Origin: Candidatus Thorarchaeota archaeon
Lineage (GTDB): Archaea > Asgardarchaeota > Thorarchaeia > Thorarchaeales > Thorarchaeaceae
Reading direction: 5' to 3'
Assembly (NCBI GenBank): GCA_004524445.1
Contig: SDNP01000002.1
Coordinates: forward strand, 1-64,000
Length of the DNA stretch: 64,000 nt
Positions 47,541 through 55,695 of the stretch are shown one piece after another. The position numbers and the translations under genes were made by a program. Positions within the stretch are counted from its first letter, which is position 1. Every line of letters begins with the position of its first letter. A model generated the notes under the pieces. The model ran no database searches and was not told the origin of the DNA. It saw only the letters and a list, made by a program, of their open reading frames with translations.

Positions 47541-48484
47541 TTTTCTCGCCTCGCAACAACTAGATTGTTATCCGAGCCTCCCGAGAGAATTAAATCCCGG
47601 AGGTCATCTGGCAAACCAGGATCTGTTACAATGGCAGATTCCAAAATACGAGTCGTTTCTGAGATATAGTGTTTCAGCAAAAGCCGCATTAGTCCTAGCT
47701 TTTGGCTATCTCTTTTCACCCATAGGCTAAACACCCCATGGGGAACCGAATAGATAAAATGTCGAATACTATTAGTCTCACACAGAACATTTTGAAGCCG
47801 ATTATTCCTCAAAGTTGCAATGACTCGCTGAGAGGCATCATGCAATGCAAAGGACATTGCTGCCATACGATCGTTTGTGAATCCTTCAAGCGAGACTCTT
47901 ACTCCACCGCTTAGAGAGAGAAATACAGATTCAATAGCAGGGATGCTATCGTGGACTTGCCTCAAAACGGCTCTAAGAGACAATGCCTGTGACCTGTCAA
48001 GCTGGATTGCTGATCGTGAACTGGCATATTGTGTTTGTTTGCCTTCCGCAACTGAAAATCCACTGAGTACTTCATTTGTTTCCTCCTGATTGAAGGACCG
48101 GAGGGGGGGAAGACGCCCATCGAGATGTTGATGAAGGAGATACGCAATTCGAGACATGCTATCCCGCATCTCAATAAATAGAGCAGCCAGATTTACTCGA
48201 GGTGCCGTTGTAATCGCCAAAAAGAAATCCGGAGCATCAGGCAGGGATGCCAAAAACACCTTGGACGTGTTGGACTCCATCAGTAGGTACTGAAAATTTC
48301 CATGAATAAGCTTAGCAACACCAAATATTGCCGCTGTTGATGAGGCAACTGCAAAGACTTCATCCTTGCTAAACCACACGCCGGCACTTGCCACTGGGAG
48401 TCCGTCTTTTTGAATCAAGACGACATTCTCTACGCCAGATATCATCTTAATGATCTGCAAGGTGTCATTGAGATCGTTAGTCAA
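47537..48484 (-). CDS. Tandem roadblock/LC7 (MglB-like) domain protein
   Basis: Domain 1 L..I..ISGVE.V.LI.KDGLPVAS...A...AAI...A...NLAAL; domain 2 L..V..SIP.IE.V.LS..GG..V...AAMS.AL..AS...LGL.RL. Confidence 0.85.
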   Translation of the reverse strand: MTNDLNDTLQIIKMISGVENVVLIQKDGLPVASAGVWFSKDEVFAVASSTAAIFGVAKLIHGNFQYLLMESNTSKVFLASLPDAPDFFLAITTAPRVNLAALFIEMRDSMSRIAYLLHQHLDGRLPPLRSFNQEETNEVLSGFSVAEGKQTQYASSRSAIQLDRSQALSLRAVLRQVHDSIPAIESVFLSLSGGVRVSLEGFTNDRMAAMSFALHDASQRVIATLRNNRLQNVLCETNSIRHFIYSVPHGVFSLWVKRDSQKLGLMRLLLKHYISETTRILESAIVTDPGLPDDLRDLILSGGSDNNLVVARREK

Positions 48485-48574
48485 TATTATTCCCCGGATC
48501 AGAGCAATCCAGAGATGAGTTTGGCTCTGGAGTATATAATCTCCACACAGGTTAGCACCCAGGTTTTTTTGTGA

Positions 48575-49870
48575 TTACATATGAATTAATGCAGCATCTG
48601 GTACCTCTTGAAATACCTCTCTAGCTGCTCTACCCACATCAAATCGATGGCGATCGAAGGTATAGACACGAATAACATCTAGATATACTTTCATCATCTG
48701 TGCAATGTTTGAAAACTCCGATAGTCGGCGGGGAATTCTCTCTTTTTCAATTGTTTCGAATATCCGTATCTCCATAGGATCTAGTTGATGAGGATTATAC
48801 GGTACTGATGGGAGCGTAGGCACATCAACGATGACTTCATCTGAAGGAACGCCAGCAAGAGCTGCAATCTCGTCTTGAATGCTTTCTCGGACTCGTTTCT
48901 TAGTTAGTACTTTCGATACAAATTGGTCTCCAGTATGCAGGACCTTTTCAAAAGCTGACTTATATAGAATGCGAGAATCTAATGCTTTCATTAGTTTTGA
49001 TGCTTCTTCAGCATCAGAGGATAAGTTTGGGTCAATTTTCCGTACACGGGATACCACAGACATGTCATCCAAAGATAGAAACTCGTCGGGCGTGGAAAAG
49101 GCGGTGAATCCTAATGCCTTGTCAGCAGCGTTAATTAATTGTATCAGCATGACTTCAACACTGCGTACGGTTTTGTGATAATAGACATTCAAGAACATCT
49201 CATATCGAGCAACAAGGAAGGACTCTAGTGCCCCTCTCGCAGCAAGGTCTATCTCAATATCATAGTCCTCTGATATCTCCATGCTGTTGATGAGCCTGTG
49301 GATGTCGATTAGACCGTAATTCACGCCACAATAGAAGGAATCACGGATTAGGTAATCCAATTTGTCCGAGTCGATTTGGCCTGCAGCAATGCTACTTACA
49401 ACCTTATCCTTCTTGCTTTCCCGTCTTCCACGAACCAAAGATGCAATTCTTTTGCTGGATATGCCATAATCCTCAATTATGTCACTTACTTCACTTTTCT
49501 TGATGAGCCATTCAGTGACGTCTTCGTGGTTGCATTTTCTACTTTCAATCAGTGATTCTTCAAATACGTGACTAAATGGGCCATGTCCTAAATCATGAAG
49601 AAGGCCAGCCAACCTCACTTCCTGAAGAGCCGTTTCGCCTAGGCCCATTTGTCCCAACAAGCGTCTGCCTATTAGTCCGGCCAAATACATAGCACCAATA
49701 CAATGTCCAAACCGAGTGTGTTCAGCTGTAGGATACACATAGTGTGCTCCAGAAAGTTGTTTTATTCTCCTAAGTCTTTGATATGGTTCAGAGTCAATAA
49801 TTTTGGTTTCTAGTTCTGTAAGACCAATGAATCCATGTACAGGGTCATTTATTTCTAAAACGAATTCCAT
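48575..49870 (-). CDS. HD-domain phosphohydrolase (SAMHD1/COG1078-like dNTPase)
   Basis: DPVHG.I, QRLRRIKQL, YP.A.HTRF.H..G, LLHDLGHGPFSH, D.DK.DYL.RD, R..MF..VY.HK. Confidence 0.94.
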   Translation of the reverse strand: MEFVLEINDPVHGFIGLTELETKIIDSEPYQRLRRIKQLSGAHYVYPTAEHTRFGHCIGAMYLAGLIGRRLLGQMGLGETALQEVRLAGLLHDLGHGPFSHVFEESLIESRKCNHEDVTEWLIKKSEVSDIIEDYGISSKRIASLVRGRRESKKDKVVSSIAAGQIDSDKLDYLIRDSFYCGVNYGLIDIHRLINSMEISEDYDIEIDLAARGALESFLVARYEMFLNVYYHKTVRSVEVMLIQLINAADKALGFTAFSTPDEFLSLDDMSVVSRVRKIDPNLSSDAEEASKLMKALDSRILYKSAFEKVLHTGDQFVSKVLTKKRVRESIQDEIAALAGVPSDEVIVDVPTLPSVPYNPHQLDPMEIRIFETIEKERIPRRLSEFSNIAQMMKVYLDVIRVYTFDRHRFDVGRAAREVFQEVPDAALIHM

Positions 49871-49889
49871 CTTAATCTCTCCAGTATTT

Positions 49890-50633
49890 TCAAAGCTGTG
49901 GGTCAAATCCGCGCAGTTTCTTGACAAGATCATCTGCCGATTTTATTTCGGACACGCATAGAGGCACATGTATGCTATCTGCGATTTTGACAGCGAGCAG
50001 ATCTAGTTCTTCCACACCTTGGAGTATTACCGCTGCTGGTTTCACGGCCATAGATGTGCCAATTTGGCTGGCTTTAATTGCAACCATGGGTGAACGTCCT
50101 GTAGTGACATGCGTCAATATTGCAATTCTTTGTGTCGTACCACCATATAATTTCAAGAGCTGTTGCGGAGTTAATGATACGATGGCTTTGACACTGTCAA
50201 GAGCAGTATAGCCATATACATCACGATCAAGAAGGCTCTTATGAGTTAAGACCTTACACTCCAATTCCTCTACGAGAAGACGAGCTGGAACAGGAATTCC
50301 AAACTCACGACTATCCAGTATTGCGTCGGATGATATCTCAGGAGCCACCAATTTTTCGAGGGCCATGGCAATTCTGCCTCCACTGGCAGCGTCCATCTCA
50401 ATAAGACCTTCCACAAACCGTTTGATGGTGTCAACTCTAGGTGACTTTCTTCTCCCACTCTCATAGTCACTGATAACTGATGGGGATACGTCCAAATGCT
50501 TAGCTAGGTCCTTTTGTGATATTTGAAACTGTTCCCTCCACCTTTTCATGACTGAACCAGGAGTATGTTCAGCTAAGCATATTTCTCCGGCCATGGTTTC
50601 GGCCAATCGGTTTAGAGCTTCACTCTGTTCCAT
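49890..50633 (-). CDS. HTH transcriptional regulator (COG1709-like)
   Basis: AGEI.L...PG...K.WRE.F.ISQ..LA..L.VSPSVISDYESGRRKSP, YGYT..DS..AI, V.TGRSPMVAI. Confidence 0.9.
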   Translation of the reverse strand: MEQSEALNRLAETMAGEICLAEHTPGSVMKRWREQFQISQKDLAKHLDVSPSVISDYESGRRKSPRVDTIKRFVEGLIEMDAASGGRIAMALEKLVAPEISSDAILDSREFGIPVPARLLVEELECKVLTHKSLLDRDVYGYTALDSVKAIVSLTPQQLLKLYGGTTQRIAILTHVTTGRSPMVAIKASQIGTSMAVKPAAVILQGVEELDLLAVKIADSIHVPLCVSEIKSADDLVKKLRGFDPQL

Positions 50634-50798
50634 ACACAGCTCTTTTGTCTGGACTTTGATAAGACTTTTCGCATGGATTTTACTGTAATTCGTCACCTGA
50701 CGAAATGTTGCCTCGGACTAATTTGTTTGATCTTAATGATTTGGATACCTACCGAAGAACTGAAAGAGCTGGATGAATTCCAACAGTTGGTTCCAAAA

Positions 50799-51569
50799 AT
50801 GTTTTTCATTTATCTTGTAGGGACGGCAGGCTCGGGAAAGTCAGTACTAGCAGGAGCCTTAGAGAATTGGCTCGTTAGTATGGAATTGAGCACCACTGTT
50901 GTTAATCTTGACCCAGGAGTTGAAAACCCACCCTATACATCTGACGTGGATATCAGAGAATATGTGGACTATGGTGAAATTATGCAACAGTTTGGACTGG
51001 GTCCTAACGGAGCATTAGTTGCTTCATTGGATATGGGGGTTTCGTATACTAGTGATTTACGTGAAGAAATTATTGGCTTAGAAAGAGATTATGTAATTGT
51101 TGATTGCCCGGGGCAAATGGAGCTTTTTGCTTATCGTAACTCAGGACCACTAATAGTCTCAAGTCTATGTATGCATGATCCCAGTGTTTCGTTATATTTG
51201 CTCGATTCCAATATAGCACGAGTTCCAACGGGCTATCTTTCATCAGTGCTTCTGGGCTTTTCCATTCGCATTAGATTTGGGCTACCACAACTTAATGTCA
51301 TCAGTAAGTCTGACATCTTAAGCGAAGAGAAACTTGAGGAGATACTAACATGGACAGAAGAGCCGTTTGTTCTGGAAGAAGCAATAAATGCAACAGCAGA
51401 TGGTTTGATTCGAGAATACTCATTGTCCATATTACAGCTTCTTGAGCACATGGGTAGTCAGATTTCCCCCATCCCAGTTTCAGGACAAAACATGGCTGGA
51501 CTGGATATTCTTTATGGCGAACTCCAACGCATATTCTTGGGCGGGGATAATCTTTACGAGATGGGATAA
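50799..51569 (+). CDS. GPN-loop GTPase
   Basis: GTAGSGKS, VNLDPG, D.R.Y, LGPNGA, DCPGQ.ELF, SKSD. Confidence 0.95.
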   Translation: MFFIYLVGTAGSGKSVLAGALENWLVSMELSTTVVNLDPGVENPPYTSDVDIREYVDYGEIMQQFGLGPNGALVASLDMGVSYTSDLREEIIGLERDYVIVDCPGQMELFAYRNSGPLIVSSLCMHDPSVSLYLLDSNIARVPTGYLSSVLLGFSIRIRFGLPQLNVISKSDILSEEKLEEILTWTEEPFVLEEAINATADGLIREYSLSILQLLEHMGSQISPIPVSGQNMAGLDILYGELQRIFLGGDNLYEMG

Positions 51570-51572
51570 AAA

Positions 51573-52595
51573 TTGCCGAAGTATTTTGCAATTCTATTTG
51601 GAAACGACTTGAATTTAGCCAATACTGAACTCCAAGCTATATTGGATTACATAGATGAGGGTGTCAGTAAGATTCCCGTCAAACGCTTTGTAACCTTTGA
51701 TTCTAATCATAATCCAATTCAATTTATCAGAAATCGTGCAGCTCTGGTTAGAGAAACAGGGTATATAGTTCAGGAGGCTCCTAGTGGAGAGGCATTGATT
51801 GCTTCAATTTCAAAGGATAGCCTCAAAGAGTATGTTTCTAGAGAACAAACATTTAGTGTTCGTGTTCGAAATATTGGAGATAAGCAAGAGTCCAGAAGTC
51901 CGCGGATTGAAAAAAGGATAGGCAAAGTAATTGAACAGCAAGCAGGCGCTTCAGTATCATTAGAGAATCCTGATGTTAGGTTTCTTGTAGTTATTGACGA
52001 TCACCGTCAGGTTCTTGTTACTTCTGAGCAATCCATTGCAAGAGAATCAATAGAAGAACGAAGGCCTCGAAACAGGGCCTTTTTCCATCCGAGCATAATG
52101 AACACTTCTCTTGCCAGAGCAATGTGTAACATTGCAAAAATAGATAGAGAATCCTTGGTCGTGGACCCATTTTGTGGAGCGGGAGGGATTCTTTCTGAAG
52201 CAGTGGGTCTCGCCAGTTCTGTAGTGGGAATCGACAGAAACTGGACACTCTTGGCAGGAGCTCGTGAGAATTTGAAGAAGCTTAAGAGAGAAAACTATAG
52301 CTTGGTACAGGCTGATGCACGACGACTATCTATGAGCTCTTGCGATAGTGTAGTTACGGACCCACCCTATGGAAGAACTAGTTCAACAAGGGGAGTAGAA
52401 GCGATAAGACTAGTGAGGGCATTTCTAGAATTTGTGTTGGAGGAGAAGATCGTTGAGAAGTCTCTTTGTATTTGCGCAAGCTTACAGATGGGCGTTTCTG
52501 AACTGGTTATGAATATGGGACTTGAAATCAGATATCATGTTAAAAGTCGTGTTCACAAGAGTCTCACCAGAGAGGTAATTTGTATCGAGTTTTAG
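51573..52595 (+). CDS. THUMP-domain tRNA m2G10 methyltransferase (Trm11/TrmG10)
   Basis: THUMP (F.VRV...IG....V.LENPD), RAFFHP..M...LARA..N, DPFCG.GG.L.EA, TDPPYGR, VHKSLTR.I. Confidence 0.88.
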   Translation: MPKYFAILFGNDLNLANTELQAILDYIDEGVSKIPVKRFVTFDSNHNPIQFIRNRAALVRETGYIVQEAPSGEALIASISKDSLKEYVSREQTFSVRVRNIGDKQESRSPRIEKRIGKVIEQQAGASVSLENPDVRFLVVIDDHRQVLVTSEQSIARESIEERRPRNRAFFHPSIMNTSLARAMCNIAKIDRESLVVDPFCGAGGILSEAVGLASSVVGIDRNWTLLAGARENLKKLKRENYSLVQADARRLSMSSCDSVVTDPPYGRTSSTRGVEAIRLVRAFLEFVLEEKIVEKSLCICASLQMGVSELVMNMGLEIRYHVKSRVHKSLTREVICIEF

Positions 52596-53017
52596 CTATC
52601 TACTATTTCGCCTTTCACAGTATGCGGGACAAACCAGTCAAGAAAACTCTCAAATTCATGATTGGTTGCGAGTCTTATGATAACCTCGATTCCACCCAAT
52701 GGCGGTGCATATTCAGTATCATCTACAACCTTGAGCTTCCCCGAGGAAGCAGCTTGCTTGTCTAATACAAGCATTGTCATTGTTCCGGTCCAATTGTTTC
52801 GCAAAAGCTTCTTCACCGCATCAATTATTCTGTAATCATGAATTGCTTGTCGAAGAGACACCAAGGATTCTCTATTAGTGGTAATTAGGGAGATAATTAT
52901 TCTATTTCCTTCCCCAACCTCTTCGAAGTTTTTGGTCATCCAAAAATAGGACAACGCATCTAGTACCTTGTTTTTATCTTCTGTAGGATTGACGGGTGTT
53001 CTGATCGTTATTTCCAT
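52592..53017 (-). CDS. UPF0201/DUF54 RNA-binding protein
   Basis: V.PTED..KV..A, I.DA, LDKQAA..G, PLG.I.V, W..P.T..G. Confidence 0.9.
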   Translation of the reverse strand: MEITIRTPVNPTEDKNKVLDALSYFWMTKNFEEVGEGNRIIISLITTNRESLVSLRQAIHDYRIIDAVKKLLRNNWTGTMTMLVLDKQAASSGKLKVVDDTEYAPPLGGIEVIIRLATNHEFESFLDWFVPHTVKGEIVDS

Positions 53018-53018
53018 C

Positions 53019-53558
53019 TCATAGCACAGACTCCATGACCTTCAGTGTGATTCTTCTAAGTTCCTCAATGGAACTCTCATTCACAATCATATGATCACTC
53101 AACGCAATTACTCCTCCTATACCAACTGATATTTCTCTCAAATCGCGTTCTCGGAAGACCTCCCATTTCTCAGGAGCGTCCTTTCTATTCCGGGATTGTA
53201 GCCGGGTAAATCGTGTTATGGGCGACGAATGGACAGCGACAGTTATGACATCATTTGAAAATTCCCGAAAGCGATTCATCTCAGGGATGCTTCTGCAACC
53301 CTCGATTATTACGGTATCAGAGTCGATTTTTTCCAACTGATTTATGCACCTCTCTGCAACAGCAGCAGGTCCATCCACTGCTCTCAATTCCAACATGACT
53401 TTCTTGGTGTTTTTTGGAGTGGCCTTCATTCCCCTTTTCTTTACCTCAAGCCTGATTACGTCCCCCATGATGACTATCGGCAATCCACTCTGCTTGAACT
53501 GCTTAGCCACTTCCGATTTGCCTGCACCAGGCATGCCTGTGATTATGATTATCTTCAT
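53019..53558 (-). CDS. UPF0200 P-loop kinase (dephospho-CoA kinase-like)
   Basis: ITGMPGAGKS, MGDVIR, LR...G...VA, EG.RS..E, RF.RL..R.R.D, RD.RE...G.G.VIA..D..I.NE. Confidence 0.88.
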   Translation of the reverse strand: MKIIIITGMPGAGKSEVAKQFKQSGLPIVIMGDVIRLEVKKRGMKATPKNTKKVMLELRAVDGPAAVAERCINQLEKIDSDTVIIEGCRSIPEMNRFREFSNDVITVAVHSSPITRFTRLQSRNRKDAPEKWEVFRERDLREISVGIGGVIALSDHMIVNESSIEELRRITLKVMESVL

Positions 53559-53787
53559 GTCCTTTCCACCGTTTCTTCTAGTATTCGGGCAAGAGTTATT
53601 GAATAGTAAATGAGGATTTGTATGGGTAGGGAGCGTTTTATTGTTTACAGTTTCTGATTTACCATTCACTACCTAGCTAATGGGATACGATATCCTTCAA
53701 AAATGGCTCGATGACATTGTTATGTTTCGAGAAGACACCACCAATCTAATGAGGGGGGGTATTCGATCTGGTATCTAGGTCAACACC

Positions 53788-54351
53788 ATGTCTGACAAAA
53801 TCAGGGCATTTCTAAGTATTGATATCAATGAAGATGACCTTCTCAATGAGATCGTCGAAATCCAGCATCTGATAGACACAAATGCAGCGAAGATAAAGCT
53901 TGTAGAGAGAGAGAATATACATTTCACTTGGAGATTCTTTGGGGATATAAAGAAGAGAAGAATTGAGCAAATTAAGGAAAAGCTCTCAGAGATTGATTTT
54001 GGTTCCTTTGACATTACTATTGGTGGGGTTGGGACGTTTCCGAATATCAGAAGACCTCGTGTCATATGGATTGGAGTGTTGGATAATATCGATAAGATGA
54101 GAGAATTGAAAAATCGGACAGATGATTTACTCGCATCTATTGGGTTTCCAAAAGAGAGAAGGAAGTTCATTCCTCATGCAACCATAGCAAGAGTCAGGTC
54201 AATTCATGACAAAGCACATCTTCAAGAGAATATTCAGTCAATCGCGAATCACAAAGTGGGAAAAATGACTGTTTCCAAAATCAGTATGACCAAAAGTACA
54301 TTGACGTCCTCTGGCCCAATATACGAAACGCTTTGGCAAATAGAAGCATGA
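53788..54351 (+). CDS. thpR: RNA 2',3'-cyclic phosphodiesterase (2H family, LigT/ThpR)
   Basis: RAF.SI, two HxT motifs (HFTW, PHAT), G.FP...PRVIW.G, S.LT..GPIY. Confidence 0.94.
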   Translation: MSDKIRAFLSIDINEDDLLNEIVEIQHLIDTNAAKIKLVERENIHFTWRFFGDIKKRRIEQIKEKLSEIDFGSFDITIGGVGTFPNIRRPRVIWIGVLDNIDKMRELKNRTDDLLASIGFPKERRKFIPHATIARVRSIHDKAHLQENIQSIANHKVGKMTVSKISMTKSTLTSSGPIYETLWQIEA

Positions 54352-54362
54352 ATTGGATTATT

Positions 54363-54472
54363 TGGTGGGCCGGGGGCGACTTGAACGCCCGATCTCTTGC
54401 AGTCTGTGACTTGAGGCATATTCACCAAAAGCCGCCCCAAGCAAGAATCATACCAAGCTAGACTACCGACCC
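54363..54472 (-). tRNA. tRNA-Pro(GGG) with 33-nt intron at 37/38 (54402-54434), CCA encoded
   Basis: Reverse complement GGGTCGG...GGTATGAT-T-CTTGC-TT-GGG-G[intron]T-GCAAG-AGATC-GGGCG-TTCAAGT-CGCCC-CCGGCCC-A-CCA; 77 nt after splicing. Confidence 0.88.
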
Positions 54473-54635
54473 TAATCTGTTCCAAATTGCATATATCTCG
54501 TATTTCTAGTCGTTTGCTATGTCAAAGATAAAGATTACCACCTAGCAAGTATCCAAGAAGGGGGCTTGTAAATGGAAAGGTCTTGATGGTGAGAAATATA
54601 TCAGCTAGGAGTTTATGACTTGATGGTGCAATCTC

Positions 54636-55676
54636 ATGAAAACAGACTTGGTCTTTCACGAACTCTTCACGAAACATGTTCTCTCTCCAGGGCATCCTGA
54701 GTCTCCGAAGCGGGTAAATACAGCACTTGATGCCCTCAAGAAGTCAGATTTGTTGGATTCTGGGAGAGTCAATATGCTACAACCCCGACCAGCACATTCT
54801 GATGAAGTGAGAACAATTCATTCTAAGAGCTATCTTGAAGAAGTGAAAGAGAGGTCCGATTCCGGTGGAGGATATTTCACACTAGACACATCTGTGAATG
54901 AATATACATTCGATGCAGCTATGCATGCTGCGGGAGGTGGCATTCAGACAGTAAATCGGATTCTTGATGGAGAAGCCAAAAATTCATTCATATTATGCAG
55001 ACCACCGGGCCATCATGCAGAGTATGACAGAGCTCTGGGCTTTTGTTTCATTAATAATATCGCCGTTGCTGCAAGACATCTTGTTTCTCGGAGGGGCATG
55101 CGTCGAGTTCTCATAATAGATTATGATGCTCATCATGGAAATGGGACACAAAATGCCTTTTATTCGGAAAGGGAGGTGTTCTATGTTGGCATACATCAGG
55201 ATGGAAGAACCCTCTTCCCCGGGACGGGTTTTGTTCACGAGAGAGGAGAAGGAAAAGGTGAGGGATACAACGTTAATCTACCCATGTACCCCGGATGTGG
55301 TGATATTTCCTATGACCTTCTCCTTCGGAAAATAATCAAGCCATTGGTGGATGAATTCTCTCCAGAATTTATCCTGATTTCTGCAGGTTTTGATTGCCAT
55401 TTTAGAGACCGTTTGACCTCCTTATCGCTAACCACTTCAGGTATTGCAAAGATGAATAATTCATTGAATCAGATAGCGAAGGATCACTGTGAAGGCAGGA
55501 TTGCTTTCTTCTTAGAAGGAGGCTATGATCTTGACGTCATGCGGCAGGCGTCTGTAAATCTTATTGAAGTGCTTACTGGATTGCCTAGGACAGAATATGG
55601 AGATGTCATGGAAGAGAACACTGTATCTGTAGAGAAAACCAGACAGCTCATAGAAACTGTAGAAAAATATCGGTAA
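54636..55676 (+). CDS. Zn-dependent histone deacetylase family protein
   Basis: HPESP.R, RPPGHHA, GFC..NN.A, D.D.HHGNGTQ, HQ...FPGTG, N.N.P, SAGFD.H..D, LEGGY. Confidence 0.95.
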   Translation: MKTDLVFHELFTKHVLSPGHPESPKRVNTALDALKKSDLLDSGRVNMLQPRPAHSDEVRTIHSKSYLEEVKERSDSGGGYFTLDTSVNEYTFDAAMHAAGGGIQTVNRILDGEAKNSFILCRPPGHHAEYDRALGFCFINNIAVAARHLVSRRGMRRVLIIDYDAHHGNGTQNAFYSEREVFYVGIHQDGRTLFPGTGFVHERGEGKGEGYNVNLPMYPGCGDISYDLLLRKIIKPLVDEFSPEFILISAGFDCHFRDRLTSLSLTTSGIAKMNNSLNQIAKDHCEGRIAFFLEGGYDLDVMRQASVNLIEVLTGLPRTEYGDVMEENTVSVEKTRQLIETVEKYR

Positions 55677-55695
55677 GTCGCTACCCAAGACATTC

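Noticed and set aside
41584-49870. HerA, NurA and the HD protein as an anti-phage defence system
   Set aside because: HerA has the HAS-barrel housekeeping form paired with NurA, no SIR2 or DUF4297 partner is present, and the context is core genome.
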